A stretch of DNA of 64,000 nt from a virus (Duplodnaviria; Caudoviricetes): positions 64,001 to 128,000 of IMG/VR virus record IMGVR_UViG_3300014205_000177; one strand, written 5' to 3'. Of the stretch, positions 38,501 through 48,282 are shown piece by piece; position 1 is the stretch's first letter; each line of letters opens with the position of its first letter. A program made the position numbers and the translations under genes. The notes under the pieces were generated by a model. That model did no database searches. It was given only the letters and a program-made list of their open reading frames with translations, and was not told where the DNA came from.

Positions 38501-41500
38501 TATCTCTAAACTCTTCATATGTTTTATCTTTCCAAGCTTCAGCTTCTGTTTTATTTTGAATTATGTCACTCCCAAATCCATTCCATTCTAATAAATCTTG
38601 AGAAAAATTAAAACCATAACTATCATCAGTAAATTGAGATATTGGAGGATTTTCATAAAAAGAATATTTTTTATTATAAATATAAGATACATAAGATTCA
38701 GAAGAAAAGTTATACTTTTCAGTATTTTCAGTTCCTACTGTATAATCAATTTTTTCATTAATATCATTATCATTAAAATGATGTTCACCTGTCATTTGGT
38801 TTTCACCTTCATGTCCTACTAGTAACGGATGATAATGATAGTTATATACCCTTCCAGACCACACTGTTCCCACACGAGGTGCAGTAGGTAATGAAACAGG
38901 GGTTACGGAAGCTATAACTCTAACAACTTCCTTATCTAAAGGTATCCAACCATGAGGAAATACATAAGAATTACTATAAACATCTCCAACATAACCATCT
39001 GTTCCACCTGCTCTATTTTCTGAAAAACTATTATCAAAATGAAGACTGTTAGTCCCTTCTGCTCTTGATATTCCACCTATATATCCATAACGATACCACC
39101 AAACTTTACTAGGTGGATACCAATATATAATAACCTTACCAGGAGATATACTACCATCCCAAAACTGGACATAATTTCCTTCTCCATCTGTTTCTGTAGA
39201 TGCTAATACTATTGGGTTTAAACCTTTTCTTTTCCCTGGAAATTTTTTAGGAATAAGATTATCAAATCTATATTTATTACCAACTTGTTTAGTATTAAAA
39301 AAATCACTACCTTCTGGTGGCTCTGACAAAGAATATCCAAGCATTGGCTGTATAAAATTTCTAAGAGTTTTTAAGTGATTTGCACTAAAAAAATCAAGAC
39401 CATCTATTTTATCATTATATGGAGATATTTGACCATCATTATATTTACCAGATGTTAATCTATTATCATTTTCTTGATGTAAACTTATTGGCTCAGTAAC
39501 ATATTTATCATTTCTTGCATATTGTAATATAGTTGATTCATCTAATTTACCATCTTTTAAAATACCTTGTTTTGTATTCATTCCTTTTTGTTTATGTGGT
39601 AAACAAACAGAACCTTCAGTATTATAATTGGCAGAACTTTCCCTTTTTAGCAGATAACCACCACCATCTGTTTTTTGTGGTCCAAGCTTAGTAAATATTT
39701 CAGATATAAAACTTCTACTAATTTCTGTATGGTTTTTCCAATAATATCCATCTAATCTAACTTCTTGACCAGGGAAACCCCATATATTAACAACTCCAGA
39801 AGATTCAACTTGTGGAAAATTACTCCATTGATAAGGTCCATCAAGAACATTATCACAACGAGGACATTTGCCTTCAAAATAAACATACTCTAAATCTGTA
39901 ATAATTTGAGGAACTACAGGTTCTCCCCAATAATTTAATTTATCATTAGTTAACCCATTATATATATGAAATTGGTCTGTAGATATATTGCATTTGGGAC
40001 ATAAATAATAAGTTCTTTCTTTTGGTAATACTCCGTCTGGTGGAGTTTTAGGAGGAGCTGATTTCCCGTCAGAGTTAGTCATATTTATCATTTCTTCAGA
40101 ATTTAAAATATCCCTAGTATCACTTGAATAAATCCAAGCATTAGTAACTGTAGCTCCGGAAGAATTATTTGCGTTAATCATTGAAGTTCCCATCGTTCCG
40201 TCAATAGGTGTAGCTTCATTATTTATGGTAGGAACACCGTATGCTCTTGCCTGTGTTGTAGAAGGAACTACACCTCCTAGAGTTCTTCCATCTACTATAA
40301 ATTCTCCAGTTTTATCTATTCTATATCCCCTGAATACTTTAGTATTATCAGAATAATCATCTTTACTATCTGTTCCACTATTACCTTCTCTTCCAAATAT
40401 ACCTGTTCCACCAGTTAACATTGGACACATTACTTCTGAACCCATTTTTGAATAATCTTTATATTCTGGCATTCTTCCACCCATAAATGGTCTTACATTA
40501 TTTATATATGTTTCAAATTTTGAAGGTGAAACATAATCATCATACAATTTAACTAACCATGGAACATTGTCTGGATAATTTTCTGCTGGCTTTGAATTAC
40601 TACTTAAAGACATTAGTAATAAATTATTATTATAATCATATTGTTTTAGATGAACAAATAAAATACTTTTTGTATGATTTTCTGTATCACTACTAGATAT
40701 TGTATAATAAAAATATAATTTATCATTAACAGTTGGAAATGTATTTATAAAATCTAAACTATCTAGTTCTTCACACATTCCAACAGCCGCATATACTCCA
40801 CTTCCTATTTCATGTTCTCTTATACCAGAAAACCCACCTATTCCATAATATCTAAATATTGGAATTATGAGACTCATTGCATGTCTATATTTTTTATCAT
40901 ATTCTAAAGCTCTTCTTGGAACTTCTGTATGAGGACATCCCTGATTATAATATCTGCAATAATCTTGACCGTCTACTCCAGCATATATACCATTTTCCCA
41001 TTGATTTAACATTTTTACAGTACCATATGCCCTATTACATTTTTCAGAGTTATAACATGGCATAACGCTACAATTAAATCTATGTCTACTCAAAAGATTT
41101 GTTCCAGAATATATATCAGTATCAACTCCACCATAACCAGTGCCTTTTGTATCAAAAGCCATTTTCCCAGTACCCTCTAAAATAGTTTCATAATCAGATT
41201 TACTTGGAAATTTATCTCTTATTATTTCTCTACCCTCTGCAAGCATTTTTGTGAATTCATATTCAACTTTATATCTTACAGTTCCCTCTCCCATTTGTAC
41301 AGGATTAGTAGGTAGGCTGTCCATCGCATTTTTTTGTGATAATAAAAGACCTCCCATAATTGCAGGAGTAGCAAATGGAGTATTTGACATAGCCATAGCT
41401 GCATCTCCATTAACAAAATAACCACTCATTCTATCAACACCAGAAAAAGCTTTTGCGTATTGTTCTTGTGTTGCAGCTGTAGTCTCAAATGTTATTATTT

Positions 41501-42884
41501 CTCTTTTCCCAGTTGGGGTATAATATGGACAAATTCCACCTGCTTCTTTATAAAATTCTTTTGGGCTTTTTGTTTCTATTCCATTACCGTCATAAGAAAC
41601 ATTATACATTTGACATAAGTTAACATTAAAAACACCTTCAGGTTTTTCATCGACAAAACATTTACATGCAATATTTGTTGTTATCCCAAAATCTCTTTTG
41701 AAAAAACTACATCCTTTATGAACTATTTCACCATCATTAATGTCTGAATTCCTTATACATCTAATAGTATTTGGTAAACCTCCACCAACTGATGAAACTT
41801 TACCTATTTGATTTGGTCTTGGTTGCTGTATTTTATCACTAATTTCAGCAGGTTCAACATAAACTCCACTTGGTAGTATATTTAAATAATTCCAAGATTC
41901 AACTCTTTCTATATAAGACCTTGTATCTCCGCCAACCGTTGTTGCTTCATAAGATATAATACCATCATCAACTGCATACATTGGAGACCCAAATGTTGCA
42001 GTAACTCTTGGTGTTACAACATTAGTATATAAATTAGAAGAATCTAACCATTCACTAGGTGCTGACATATTTATAAAATTAGACGGAACATTCCCATGTT
42101 GACCTCTATCTACACTTTTTACAGCTACATCTTTTCTATAATATCTAACTCCTGCATTTGTTTTTGGATATGTCAAAATCTTTCTAAAACCATAAATTCC
42201 TTTTTTTATAAAAGTATTTTTATATAAAACATGTGCGTCTGGGGCTGTCCATTTTTCATATTTTACACCATTTACTGTTACTCCAATTTCTAAATCTTCT
42301 TGTTTATAAATTCTACCTGGGTTTGCTTCTTTTTTGTCAATTATGCTTTGAATAGTTTTACTATCATATTTTGTTTGATATAAATATAGTGGTTCATATA
42401 ATTCTTCTGACTCTGTATCCCTAATTTGCCCATTAACTACTGCTCTTCTTAATCTACCTGACTTTCTATTATATTCAAATAAAGGGTCGTTGTTTTCTGG
42501 ATTTACAATCCCATTAATAACTGTAAGTGTTTTTGGACTATAAAGAGGAGGTTCAATTACAGTAGTACCAGAATAAATTCCTTTAAAAATATATTCAGTG
42601 AATTTCCACGGAGAACGAACCTCTGGGAATTGTTGACAGTATGCGTTTTTATCAGAAATGACACCAAATCTTACATCTGGTTGAAATTTATGAGTCCAAT
42701 TTGTCCATCCCTTATATCCTTCATCTGCATCTATTTCTACATACTTAGCACCATATAGCTCAACTTCACTTGAATAATGATAACTATCTTGCATCCCTCT
42801 CATTAAATCTCTTGGGTATGTATCAAAACTAAGTTTTGTGTTATCTGGATACTTAAAATTTTTATCAAAACTCGTGTCTAACAT
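35535..42884 (-). CDS. Very large (2449 aa) Cys-containing putative virion protein
   Basis: Uninterrupted ORF in the tail module; CPKC, CPRC, CAEC motifs; no family recognised. Confidence 0.7.
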   Translation of the reverse strand: MLDTSFDKNFKYPDNTKLSFDTYPRDLMRGMQDSYHYSSEVELYGAKYVEIDADEGYKGWTNWTHKFQPDVRFGVISDKNAYCQQFPEVRSPWKFTEYIFKGIYSGTTVIEPPLYSPKTLTVINGIVNPENNDPLFEYNRKSGRLRRAVVNGQIRDTESEELYEPLYLYQTKYDSKTIQSIIDKKEANPGRIYKQEDLEIGVTVNGVKYEKWTAPDAHVLYKNTFIKKGIYGFRKILTYPKTNAGVRYYRKDVAVKSVDRGQHGNVPSNFINMSAPSEWLDSSNLYTNVVTPRVTATFGSPMYAVDDGIISYEATTVGGDTRSYIERVESWNYLNILPSGVYVEPAEISDKIQQPRPNQIGKVSSVGGGLPNTIRCIRNSDINDGEIVHKGCSFFKRDFGITTNIACKCFVDEKPEGVFNVNLCQMYNVSYDGNGIETKSPKEFYKEAGGICPYYTPTGKREIITFETTAATQEQYAKAFSGVDRMSGYFVNGDAAMAMSNTPFATPAIMGGLLLSQKNAMDSLPTNPVQMGEGTVRYKVEYEFTKMLAEGREIIRDKFPSKSDYETILEGTGKMAFDTKGTGYGGVDTDIYSGTNLLSRHRFNCSVMPCYNSEKCNRAYGTVKMLNQWENGIYAGVDGQDYCRYYNQGCPHTEVPRRALEYDKKYRHAMSLIIPIFRYYGIGGFSGIREHEIGSGVYAAVGMCEELDSLDFINTFPTVNDKLYFYYTISSSDTENHTKSILFVHLKQYDYNNNLLLMSLSSNSKPAENYPDNVPWLVKLYDDYVSPSKFETYINNVRPFMGGRMPEYKDYSKMGSEVMCPMLTGGTGIFGREGNSGTDSKDDYSDNTKVFRGYRIDKTGEFIVDGRTLGGVVPSTTQARAYGVPTINNEATPIDGTMGTSMINANNSSGATVTNAWIYSSDTRDILNSEEMINMTNSDGKSAPPKTPPDGVLPKERTYYLCPKCNISTDQFHIYNGLTNDKLNYWGEPVVPQIITDLEYVYFEGKCPRCDNVLDGPYQWSNFPQVESSGVVNIWGFPGQEVRLDGYYWKNHTEISRSFISEIFTKLGPQKTDGGGYLLKRESSANYNTEGSVCLPHKQKGMNTKQGILKDGKLDESTILQYARNDKYVTEPISLHQENDNRLTSGKYNDGQISPYNDKIDGLDFFSANHLKTLRNFIQPMLGYSLSEPPEGSDFFNTKQVGNKYRFDNLIPKKFPGKRKGLNPIVLASTETDGEGNYVQFWDGSISPGKVIIYWYPPSKVWWYRYGYIGGISRAEGTNSLHFDNSFSENRAGGTDGYVGDVYSNSYVFPHGWIPLDKEVVRVIASVTPVSLPTAPRVGTVWSGRVYNYHYHPLLVGHEGENQMTGEHHFNDNDINEKIDYTVGTENTEKYNFSSESYVSYIYNKKYSFYENPPISQFTDDSYGFNFSQDLLEWNGFGSDIIQNKTEAEAWKDKTYEEFRDTINRYTINGKVVIGDKSSHGLEVDFTIVPPSFANGYYNNKTQYIPDYFDYTGMNDTLIYDKNGPMFEPKYYDTSWSESGQVIVQNYEIKTSASISSSITTGGNGSTGSSEPLGNSSSKFGKPLNFDMTDYFKLIYNKRNSRAYKLSTGLSFSQIGNYIISEKIKAYEDSTSEYAPNQLNNDRYGNAVKGFWLNNWNMYPQKNENGEFPTIISGEEYPKNKNGILDDYSGCYISPDSVVNGVSNSNFNNFNPLVLCMAKESVNSISQKSGYTPSTSGSWSSSEVWEPSLNSEKYWLYYSNTNDSSYISFKLSGFPTEKERRPYRYEKGKWNVANAICPNAGNCRIANRGLTVSEAIGWCESPSAYGGFKVIRPSLDSIHCAECGTDLTKSPEKTGAFYTGGDGILTITYGELPDKNCFITSINVEQKENNYCDFSIMYKNEESSFWKTLINIYWDSISSKWLVPKYLNGELLYSEYSSIPELNGKWIDGGVINANKNIADNYNFIVPRANKIKYQCNPSVPKNIIMLTPVLGNTFLENMIDSNKFKIKIDCSSLRSDELGESYFELSNDFSLETGKVRYKIKSNDESSITLYELFQTSDTRSKFRIYRTAYVSTCKKLEVYGYETTPDILTITKDCNSLIVQIPIAMQTSDLSSFPISIPENPSKIISLGAGSSGNIKFLMQDNDTNDNLYWKVRMNGTEYEIYGGNFFFNNSTHSLMMPTYCIDQTGKEIKINNIKQSSIPTFLEIKYVLNNGSDVEVKATSIGNGPSYLLEKDSIRFIYGNENKPDGYSSDIMKQIQDSGGSTDNITILPSIGNSIVFQHNVNNSGKACRKDMKWIVTNPNRCDADFQDLQFVGNELHGNKERNFDEILNGGTGSEKTNGFVNSKHIIGGKVETSVVLSGLPNTIISGDLYVYAKAITEEVTTYRTPLGMETKKTYERTGGIDKTGFMIGVKDLLDGSSSKKGRRGICFTKPQVIVYLRERDSTEEI

Positions 42885-43780
42885 TTATTTATTATCCCCT
42901 TAAATAAATCAACCAATTCTTCTTCCTTGAAATGTATCTTCCGATGACATTCTTGACATAATGTTATTCCGTTATCTACTTCAAAAATTTTTGTATCATC
43001 CATATATATAGGAATAATATAATGAACATTCATTTTATCTGTTTTTTTGTTACAATCTGGCATTTTACAAGAAAAATTATCTCTGGTCAATACTTCCTTT
43101 TTCCATTTTCTATATTCTTTAGAACTTCTTAATAATTCTATTCTTGGAGTTATACCACCTTTCCATCTTGGGTGTTTTTCTCCTCTTACAATATTTTCTT
43201 TAATTTCTATACCAGATTTCAATAAATGCTTTATTACTGTATGTGTATCTATTCCTAGTTTTCTTCCTGTCTCAGATGCATTTTTTTCTATAGAATAAGT
43301 TTCAACTATATCTTTGACAGGAACCTTTGGTTGATTTGTTTCCAATCTTACCCCATAATGACTTAACCATTTATAGATAACAGAATAAGAATATCCAGTT
43401 ATTAATTTTATTTCAGAAGAACTTTTACCATCTTGATACAATTTTAGTATAAGTTCTTTATCTGCCCCATTTTGACATTCAACCTTATCCCTTATTTTTA
43501 TTCCATTATCCCTTAGTATTCTTAAAATAACAGGTTCGCTTATATTGTAAACATTTCCAATAAATTTAGCTGACTTACCTGACAAGTAAAGACCGGATAC
43601 TTCATCAGCATTTAGTTTTATATTTATTCTATCTCTTTCTACATTATTCTTTTTTAGAATTCTCCATATAGTAGTTTCACTTATAGATAATTCTTTTACT
43701 ATATTTTTTATAATAGTTCCAGTTTTATATAAATCTATTATCTTTTTTTCTTTTTCATTTTTATCATATTTGTCATTCAT
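42878..43780 (-). CDS. HNH endonuclease with four tandem N-terminal HTH repeats (homing-endonuclease-like)
   Basis: GEKHPRWKGG, EY..W...V..RDNFSC..C, VHYI.P, NGITLCQECH; four I..LY..G...I...S..I...L...G repeats. Confidence 0.88.
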   Translation of the reverse strand: MNDKYDKNEKEKKIIDLYKTGTIIKNIVKELSISETTIWRILKKNNVERDRINIKLNADEVSGLYLSGKSAKFIGNVYNISEPVILRILRDNGIKIRDKVECQNGADKELILKLYQDGKSSSEIKLITGYSYSVIYKWLSHYGVRLETNQPKVPVKDIVETYSIEKNASETGRKLGIDTHTVIKHLLKSGIEIKENIVRGEKHPRWKGGITPRIELLRSSKEYRKWKKEVLTRDNFSCKMPDCNKKTDKMNVHYIIPIYMDDTKIFEVDNGITLCQECHRKIHFKEEELVDLFKGIINKC

Positions 43781-43798
43781 AATAAAATCTCCTTTATT

Positions 43799-43804
43799 AT
43801 TATA
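43799..43804 (-). promoter_or_regulatory. -10 box upstream of the HNH gene
   Basis: TATAAT followed by AAAGGAG SD in a 72-nt AT-rich gap. Confidence 0.4.
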
Positions 43805-43852
43805 TAAAACAAATATAATTTTTTACACACCTATTAATTTTATTTCATAAAA

Positions 43853-44263
43853 TTAATCTTCCCAATCTGCCATAGGTATGCCAATTGAGGGGAAAAAGAT
43901 TGCATAGGCGAATCCTCCATGCTGTGCATCTAAATGTGAGTGGACACCCCTTGCCCCCCCTAAAATTCCACCATCATAATCAGAAGTATGAGTATGTCTA
44001 TTATATCCAGCAGTAGGATATGCAGGAACTGCTACAGCTTTTTTACCTTCTCTTAAAAACATATTAACTAGTTGAGCAGCTCTAACATCATTAAAAGCTA
44101 TTTCTGGAGAATCTCCTCCATGAAAATGCATTAAATCAAGAGACATACTTATGTTTTCTGATGCAAATTCGTCGGATATTCCATCGGCTACTCTTATTCC
44201 AACAGATACTGGAGATGATAGTAATTGAGAATGTTTTCTTATTAAATAATCCATATTAATCAT
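43853..44263 (-). CDS. Small His-rich tail protein (possible spike/tip)
   Basis: RHTH and VHSH motifs; directly downstream of the hub-like gene. Confidence 0.55.
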   Translation of the reverse strand: MINMDYLIRKHSQLLSSPVSVGIRVADGISDEFASENISMSLDLMHFHGGDSPEIAFNDVRAAQLVNMFLREGKKAVAVPAYPTAGYNRHTHTSDYDGGILGGARGVHSHLDAQHGGFAYAIFFPSIGIPMADWED

Positions 44264-47200
44264 TCCTTATTATATTTGCAGGGTCAATTACTTTACCACT
44301 ATAACTATTTGTTTTATCGGAAATAGAACCACCTTGAATATTATCACTTCTTTTGTATAATTCATTTATTTTAGTAGCAATTAATCTTTCATAATCTTTA
44401 TCTTCTTCCTTTTTATCTCCTATTCTAAAAGATTCTGTACCAACCTCTAGTTCTATTGTATATGAATTTGAAAAATTATATTCTATTTTTACGATACATG
44501 CCTTTGTGTTATCTGGAAAAGACACATAACCAAAGCCATTTTCATAATCAAATATTGTTCCTCTTATGCTTATAGTACCATTAATCTGAATATCATTTCT
44601 TCTTTCTAGTTCCATAACTGCTCTATCCATAAGTTTTATTCTATCATCTTTATGAATCCATCTTGGAGTTTTACCATATGTATCAGAACGCAATACTTTA
44701 TTAACAGTGGTAGTAGTATTACCAGCCGCAGCATCTATTGCATCTTTTTCGTTTTTTCTTATCCCTTCAATAATATGTACAGTACCTTCTGAAAAATAAT
44801 AATTTGCTGCTTTTAATTTAGTAAATAGCCCTTTAATACCCCAATGGTCATCACTATAACTATTAGGTACTACTAAATCATATCCAGAAGATGTTGGAAC
44901 TACCCACTTTTTCATATCCCATGGATGTATTTGCCATCTAGCTGAGTCAAAAGACATTCCTTTTATTATAGGTCTTCCTGAAAATTCACCTGCTTCAGCA
45001 TATGAAGATGTTACATCAAGAACATATCTATTATCTTCTATTTTTGAAAAAGCATAATATCTACCATATTCTTCTGGACCATCTAATTCTACTTTTCTTG
45101 TTATTTCATCTTTTGTAGAACTTAATGAAGAATAAAATTTATCTCTATAAAAATAACAATTAATCCAAGCCTTGGATGGTCTCCAAAATGATGTTGACTT
45201 TAATTCTATTCCCCCTATTGTACCCTGTTCTCTATATAGAGTAGAATTACTGTCATTCTTATCTTTCTCCATATAATATTCTTTATAATCATTAGTTGGA
45301 GTTATTTTTATGTTTTTAATTGGTTTCCTACAAGCTACGAATACTCTGTCTTTAAATATTACATTGCCCCTCTTTGTATCAATACTACAAGCGTTATTAA
45401 TAGTTATTTGAGTATGGAATAGCGTATCAATTTTTAAATTATTAGCTCCTGTAAAAATATCCTTTTTATTACCAGTAAGACTTTTTGTATTATAAAGAGG
45501 ATGATATGGCATTTGACTATACGTTTCTGTTGTTCTTTTTATAGCAGGATAGTTTGTATTTGTTTCTATTTGAATTTTTGGTCCATAACTATATGCTGTA
45601 TCATTAGCCACTTCACTCCATGTTCTATCAGATTCTGAAGATACTGTAACTTCTTTTAATTTAACTTCATTTGGTCCTACATCAACTAAGGAATTTAATA
45701 TATTAGTTATTTTAAACCATGGTTCCATTCCTACACCCCTGCATACGGGACATGTATTTATCCATGGTGAAGGATGTTTTCTGGGTATCATTGTTCCATC
45801 TGGTATTATTCTATCTCCAGAAGAAGCATAAAAATCATAATTAAAAGGAGTTAATGTTCCAGATATTTCTAACAACTCTCCTTTATCAGATATTGTCTTA
45901 CCAAATACATCCTCGGTTTTAACTATATTTGGTTCTACAGCACCAGAACCTCCACAAAATCTGCATGAAGCATGATATGGTATCCAAGCTTCATATGTAA
46001 ATCCACTAACCCTATCAAAATCATTTTGACTTACAGCACTAGTAAAAGACCTAGATGTTGTAAACATTTTATCATTTACTGTAAAACCTTGATTTTCATA
46101 TGTTTTACCATCAATTTTATCTTCATTAGCTATTGTATAATCTTCTAAAGTAGAAACATGACCATATTTATCAAATGTTACTGCCTTTGTTTTTTTTATT
46201 TCATATTTATATGGTTCATACCCTGTTTGTGGGTTCCAGGCTGGATAAAGTGGACATCCTACAATTTGATATATATCTTCTGAAACGTTTGTCATAATAT
46301 CTTTATCAATAGTATAAAGACCTTTAAAATAAGGATAACCATCCCAGTTTCTGTCTGGTAAATAATATTTTGAATTATCATTTCTTGTAAAATTATATAA
46401 AGTATAACCATTCTTTATATAAAAATGACCACTATACCATTCTATTGGTGATGAATACATTCTAAAAATATTAGCAAGATTGCTTGTCTTTTTTACTGTA
46501 TTATCAGAAATAACATTTATAACACCATCTTCTGCATAATCAATCATTCCATTTGAAGCATACGATAATATTCTTTCATTTCCACTATATAATGCGTTTA
46601 TTGATATTCTTGTAAATACTATTTTGTCTCTATAGTGGTCATAAATCATTCTATAAGAACCAGCAGAAGATATAGTTTTATATATAGCTTCAAGGATTGT
46701 ATCATTGTCAAATCTTAATGAGTTTGGTATAAAATCTTTCAATTCATTTAATCCATTAAAATCAAAATCTTCAAAATCAAAATATGTAACATGTTGAGTA
46801 TTTGTAATTAATCCACTTTCTGAGTTTTTAGATGTTTCTAATATATCTTCTATTATTTTTTCTACAGTCCATTTTTCGCTAAGATATGGTTTAAGATTAG
46901 CTTGTACGTTTTTTTCTGAATAATTTGGGAATGTTGAAGCTAAATATACTTCATTATAATTTTTCTTTATTATATGTTCAGATAATCTTCCTTTCATATC
47001 ATTACAATTATATACTAACTGTATTCCTTCTTTACCTTTGTGGATTGACATATCTATAATATATCCTTTAAATAAAATATGATAATCACTATCTTCTATT
47101 ACAACATCACCATCTTTTACACTAGTTATAAATATTGCAATTTCATCTCCAATAGCAGGTATTAAATCTTTATATGTATCATTTATATCTTTTATACTTT

Positions 47201-47432
47201 CATAATTATTATAATATTCTGTTATTTCTGGACTATTTAATCCTATAGTACATTCACCAGGAGATGCATCTGAGGTATGAATAACTCTACTGATAGACAT
47301 AGGTAATAATTTACCATTTGAAGGAGCTAAACTAGTTGGCGACATTTGTTGAAAACTATTAGGACTAAAATGAACTATTTTTATATCAAAATATTTTAAA
47401 ATAGATTTTACGTTTGAAGAGTCTTTTATCAT
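44256..47432 (-). CDS. Baseplate hub/tail-tip-like protein with a DnaJ-type CxxCxGxG insertion
   Basis: LFKGYI..., CND..GRL, TVEKIIEDIL, TILEAI, C-terminal GTISIRG..IVKIEYNF..YTIELEVG; position after the TMP. Confidence 0.65.
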   Translation of the reverse strand: MIKDSSNVKSILKYFDIKIVHFSPNSFQQMSPTSLAPSNGKLLPMSISRVIHTSDASPGECTIGLNSPEITEYYNNYESIKDINDTYKDLIPAIGDEIAIFITSVKDGDVVIEDSDYHILFKGYIIDMSIHKGKEGIQLVYNCNDMKGRLSEHIIKKNYNEVYLASTFPNYSEKNVQANLKPYLSEKWTVEKIIEDILETSKNSESGLITNTQHVTYFDFEDFDFNGLNELKDFIPNSLRFDNDTILEAIYKTISSAGSYRMIYDHYRDKIVFTRISINALYSGNERILSYASNGMIDYAEDGVINVISDNTVKKTSNLANIFRMYSSPIEWYSGHFYIKNGYTLYNFTRNDNSKYYLPDRNWDGYPYFKGLYTIDKDIMTNVSEDIYQIVGCPLYPAWNPQTGYEPYKYEIKKTKAVTFDKYGHVSTLEDYTIANEDKIDGKTYENQGFTVNDKMFTTSRSFTSAVSQNDFDRVSGFTYEAWIPYHASCRFCGGSGAVEPNIVKTEDVFGKTISDKGELLEISGTLTPFNYDFYASSGDRIIPDGTMIPRKHPSPWINTCPVCRGVGMEPWFKITNILNSLVDVGPNEVKLKEVTVSSESDRTWSEVANDTAYSYGPKIQIETNTNYPAIKRTTETYSQMPYHPLYNTKSLTGNKKDIFTGANNLKIDTLFHTQITINNACSIDTKRGNVIFKDRVFVACRKPIKNIKITPTNDYKEYYMEKDKNDSNSTLYREQGTIGGIELKSTSFWRPSKAWINCYFYRDKFYSSLSSTKDEITRKVELDGPEEYGRYYAFSKIEDNRYVLDVTSSYAEAGEFSGRPIIKGMSFDSARWQIHPWDMKKWVVPTSSGYDLVVPNSYSDDHWGIKGLFTKLKAANYYFSEGTVHIIEGIRKNEKDAIDAAAGNTTTTVNKVLRSDTYGKTPRWIHKDDRIKLMDRAVMELERRNDIQINGTISIRGTIFDYENGFGYVSFPDNTKACIVKIEYNFSNSYTIELEVGTESFRIGDKKEEDKDYERLIATKINELYKRSDNIQGGSISDKTNSYSGKVIDPANIIRND

Positions 47433-48280
47433 TCTTTTCCCTCAATATTTACCGAAATTCCTGTTCCCGATTTAACTGCTGAAAAGTCTGAACTATCAAC
47501 AAATAAATCACTTATAACCCTGACAAAATTTCCATTTGAAATAATTTTATCAATACTTACCATTCCACTCATTAATGAATTTGCTAATCCTAATGCTGAA
47601 TCATGAAAAATACATCCACTTGGAATAATTCCTGACAAATCTCCAGACACTTTATATTTTCTAGGTTCCCAACCTGCAAAATAAATCTCTCCGCTATTTG
47701 CATTAAAATATTTTTCTGTAGATATTCTTGGTCTTCTTGCTACAATATCAATTACAGCGTCATTTATTATATACCCACTAACTGATATTTTACACGCAGG
47801 TTTCTGTATTTCTTTTAAAACAGCAGTATATGAGATTTGTGTAGGCCACTGAGTGTCTGATATATTTAAACTAAAAGGTCTCATATATATATTATAATTA
47901 TCTTTATCTCTAAATATATCTGGAAGTTTTATACATCTTAAATCGCTTACAGTTCCATATTCTAATATTGAAGATGGTGCTAATTGTTTTGACGCATTTA
48001 TAAATAAATCTCTTAATGTATCATACTTGTTTTTCATTGCATTAAATCTTGATTCATCTTGAGCACTATTTGGTGTAACTATTGAATTTAATTCTGCATT
48101 TACAGTAAAAGTTCCATTTATAGTTACCGTAGTTGGACTGTCATATGAATATTGACTTTCTTCGTATTCAAATGAAATATCTTGTTTTATAATAATAAAA
48201 CCCCAAAGAGCATCATAAGCTTCCATTACTGGGAAACTTGTAGGATTATAATTTTCTGGTATTTTACTAAAATCAATCAT
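47429..48280 (-). CDS. Tail protein (distal-tail/tube-fold candidate)
   Basis: Second gene after the TMP; beta-rich, TVTINGT motif. Confidence 0.55.
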   Translation of the reverse strand: MIDFSKIPENYNPTSFPVMEAYDALWGFIIIKQDISFEYEESQYSYDSPTTVTINGTFTVNAELNSIVTPNSAQDESRFNAMKNKYDTLRDLFINASKQLAPSSILEYGTVSDLRCIKLPDIFRDKDNYNIYMRPFSLNISDTQWPTQISYTAVLKEIQKPACKISVSGYIINDAVIDIVARRPRISTEKYFNANSGEIYFAGWEPRKYKVSGDLSGIIPSGCIFHDSALGLANSLMSGMVSIDKIISNGNFVRVISDLFVDSSDFSAVKSGTGISVNIEGKE

Positions 48281-48282
48281 TT

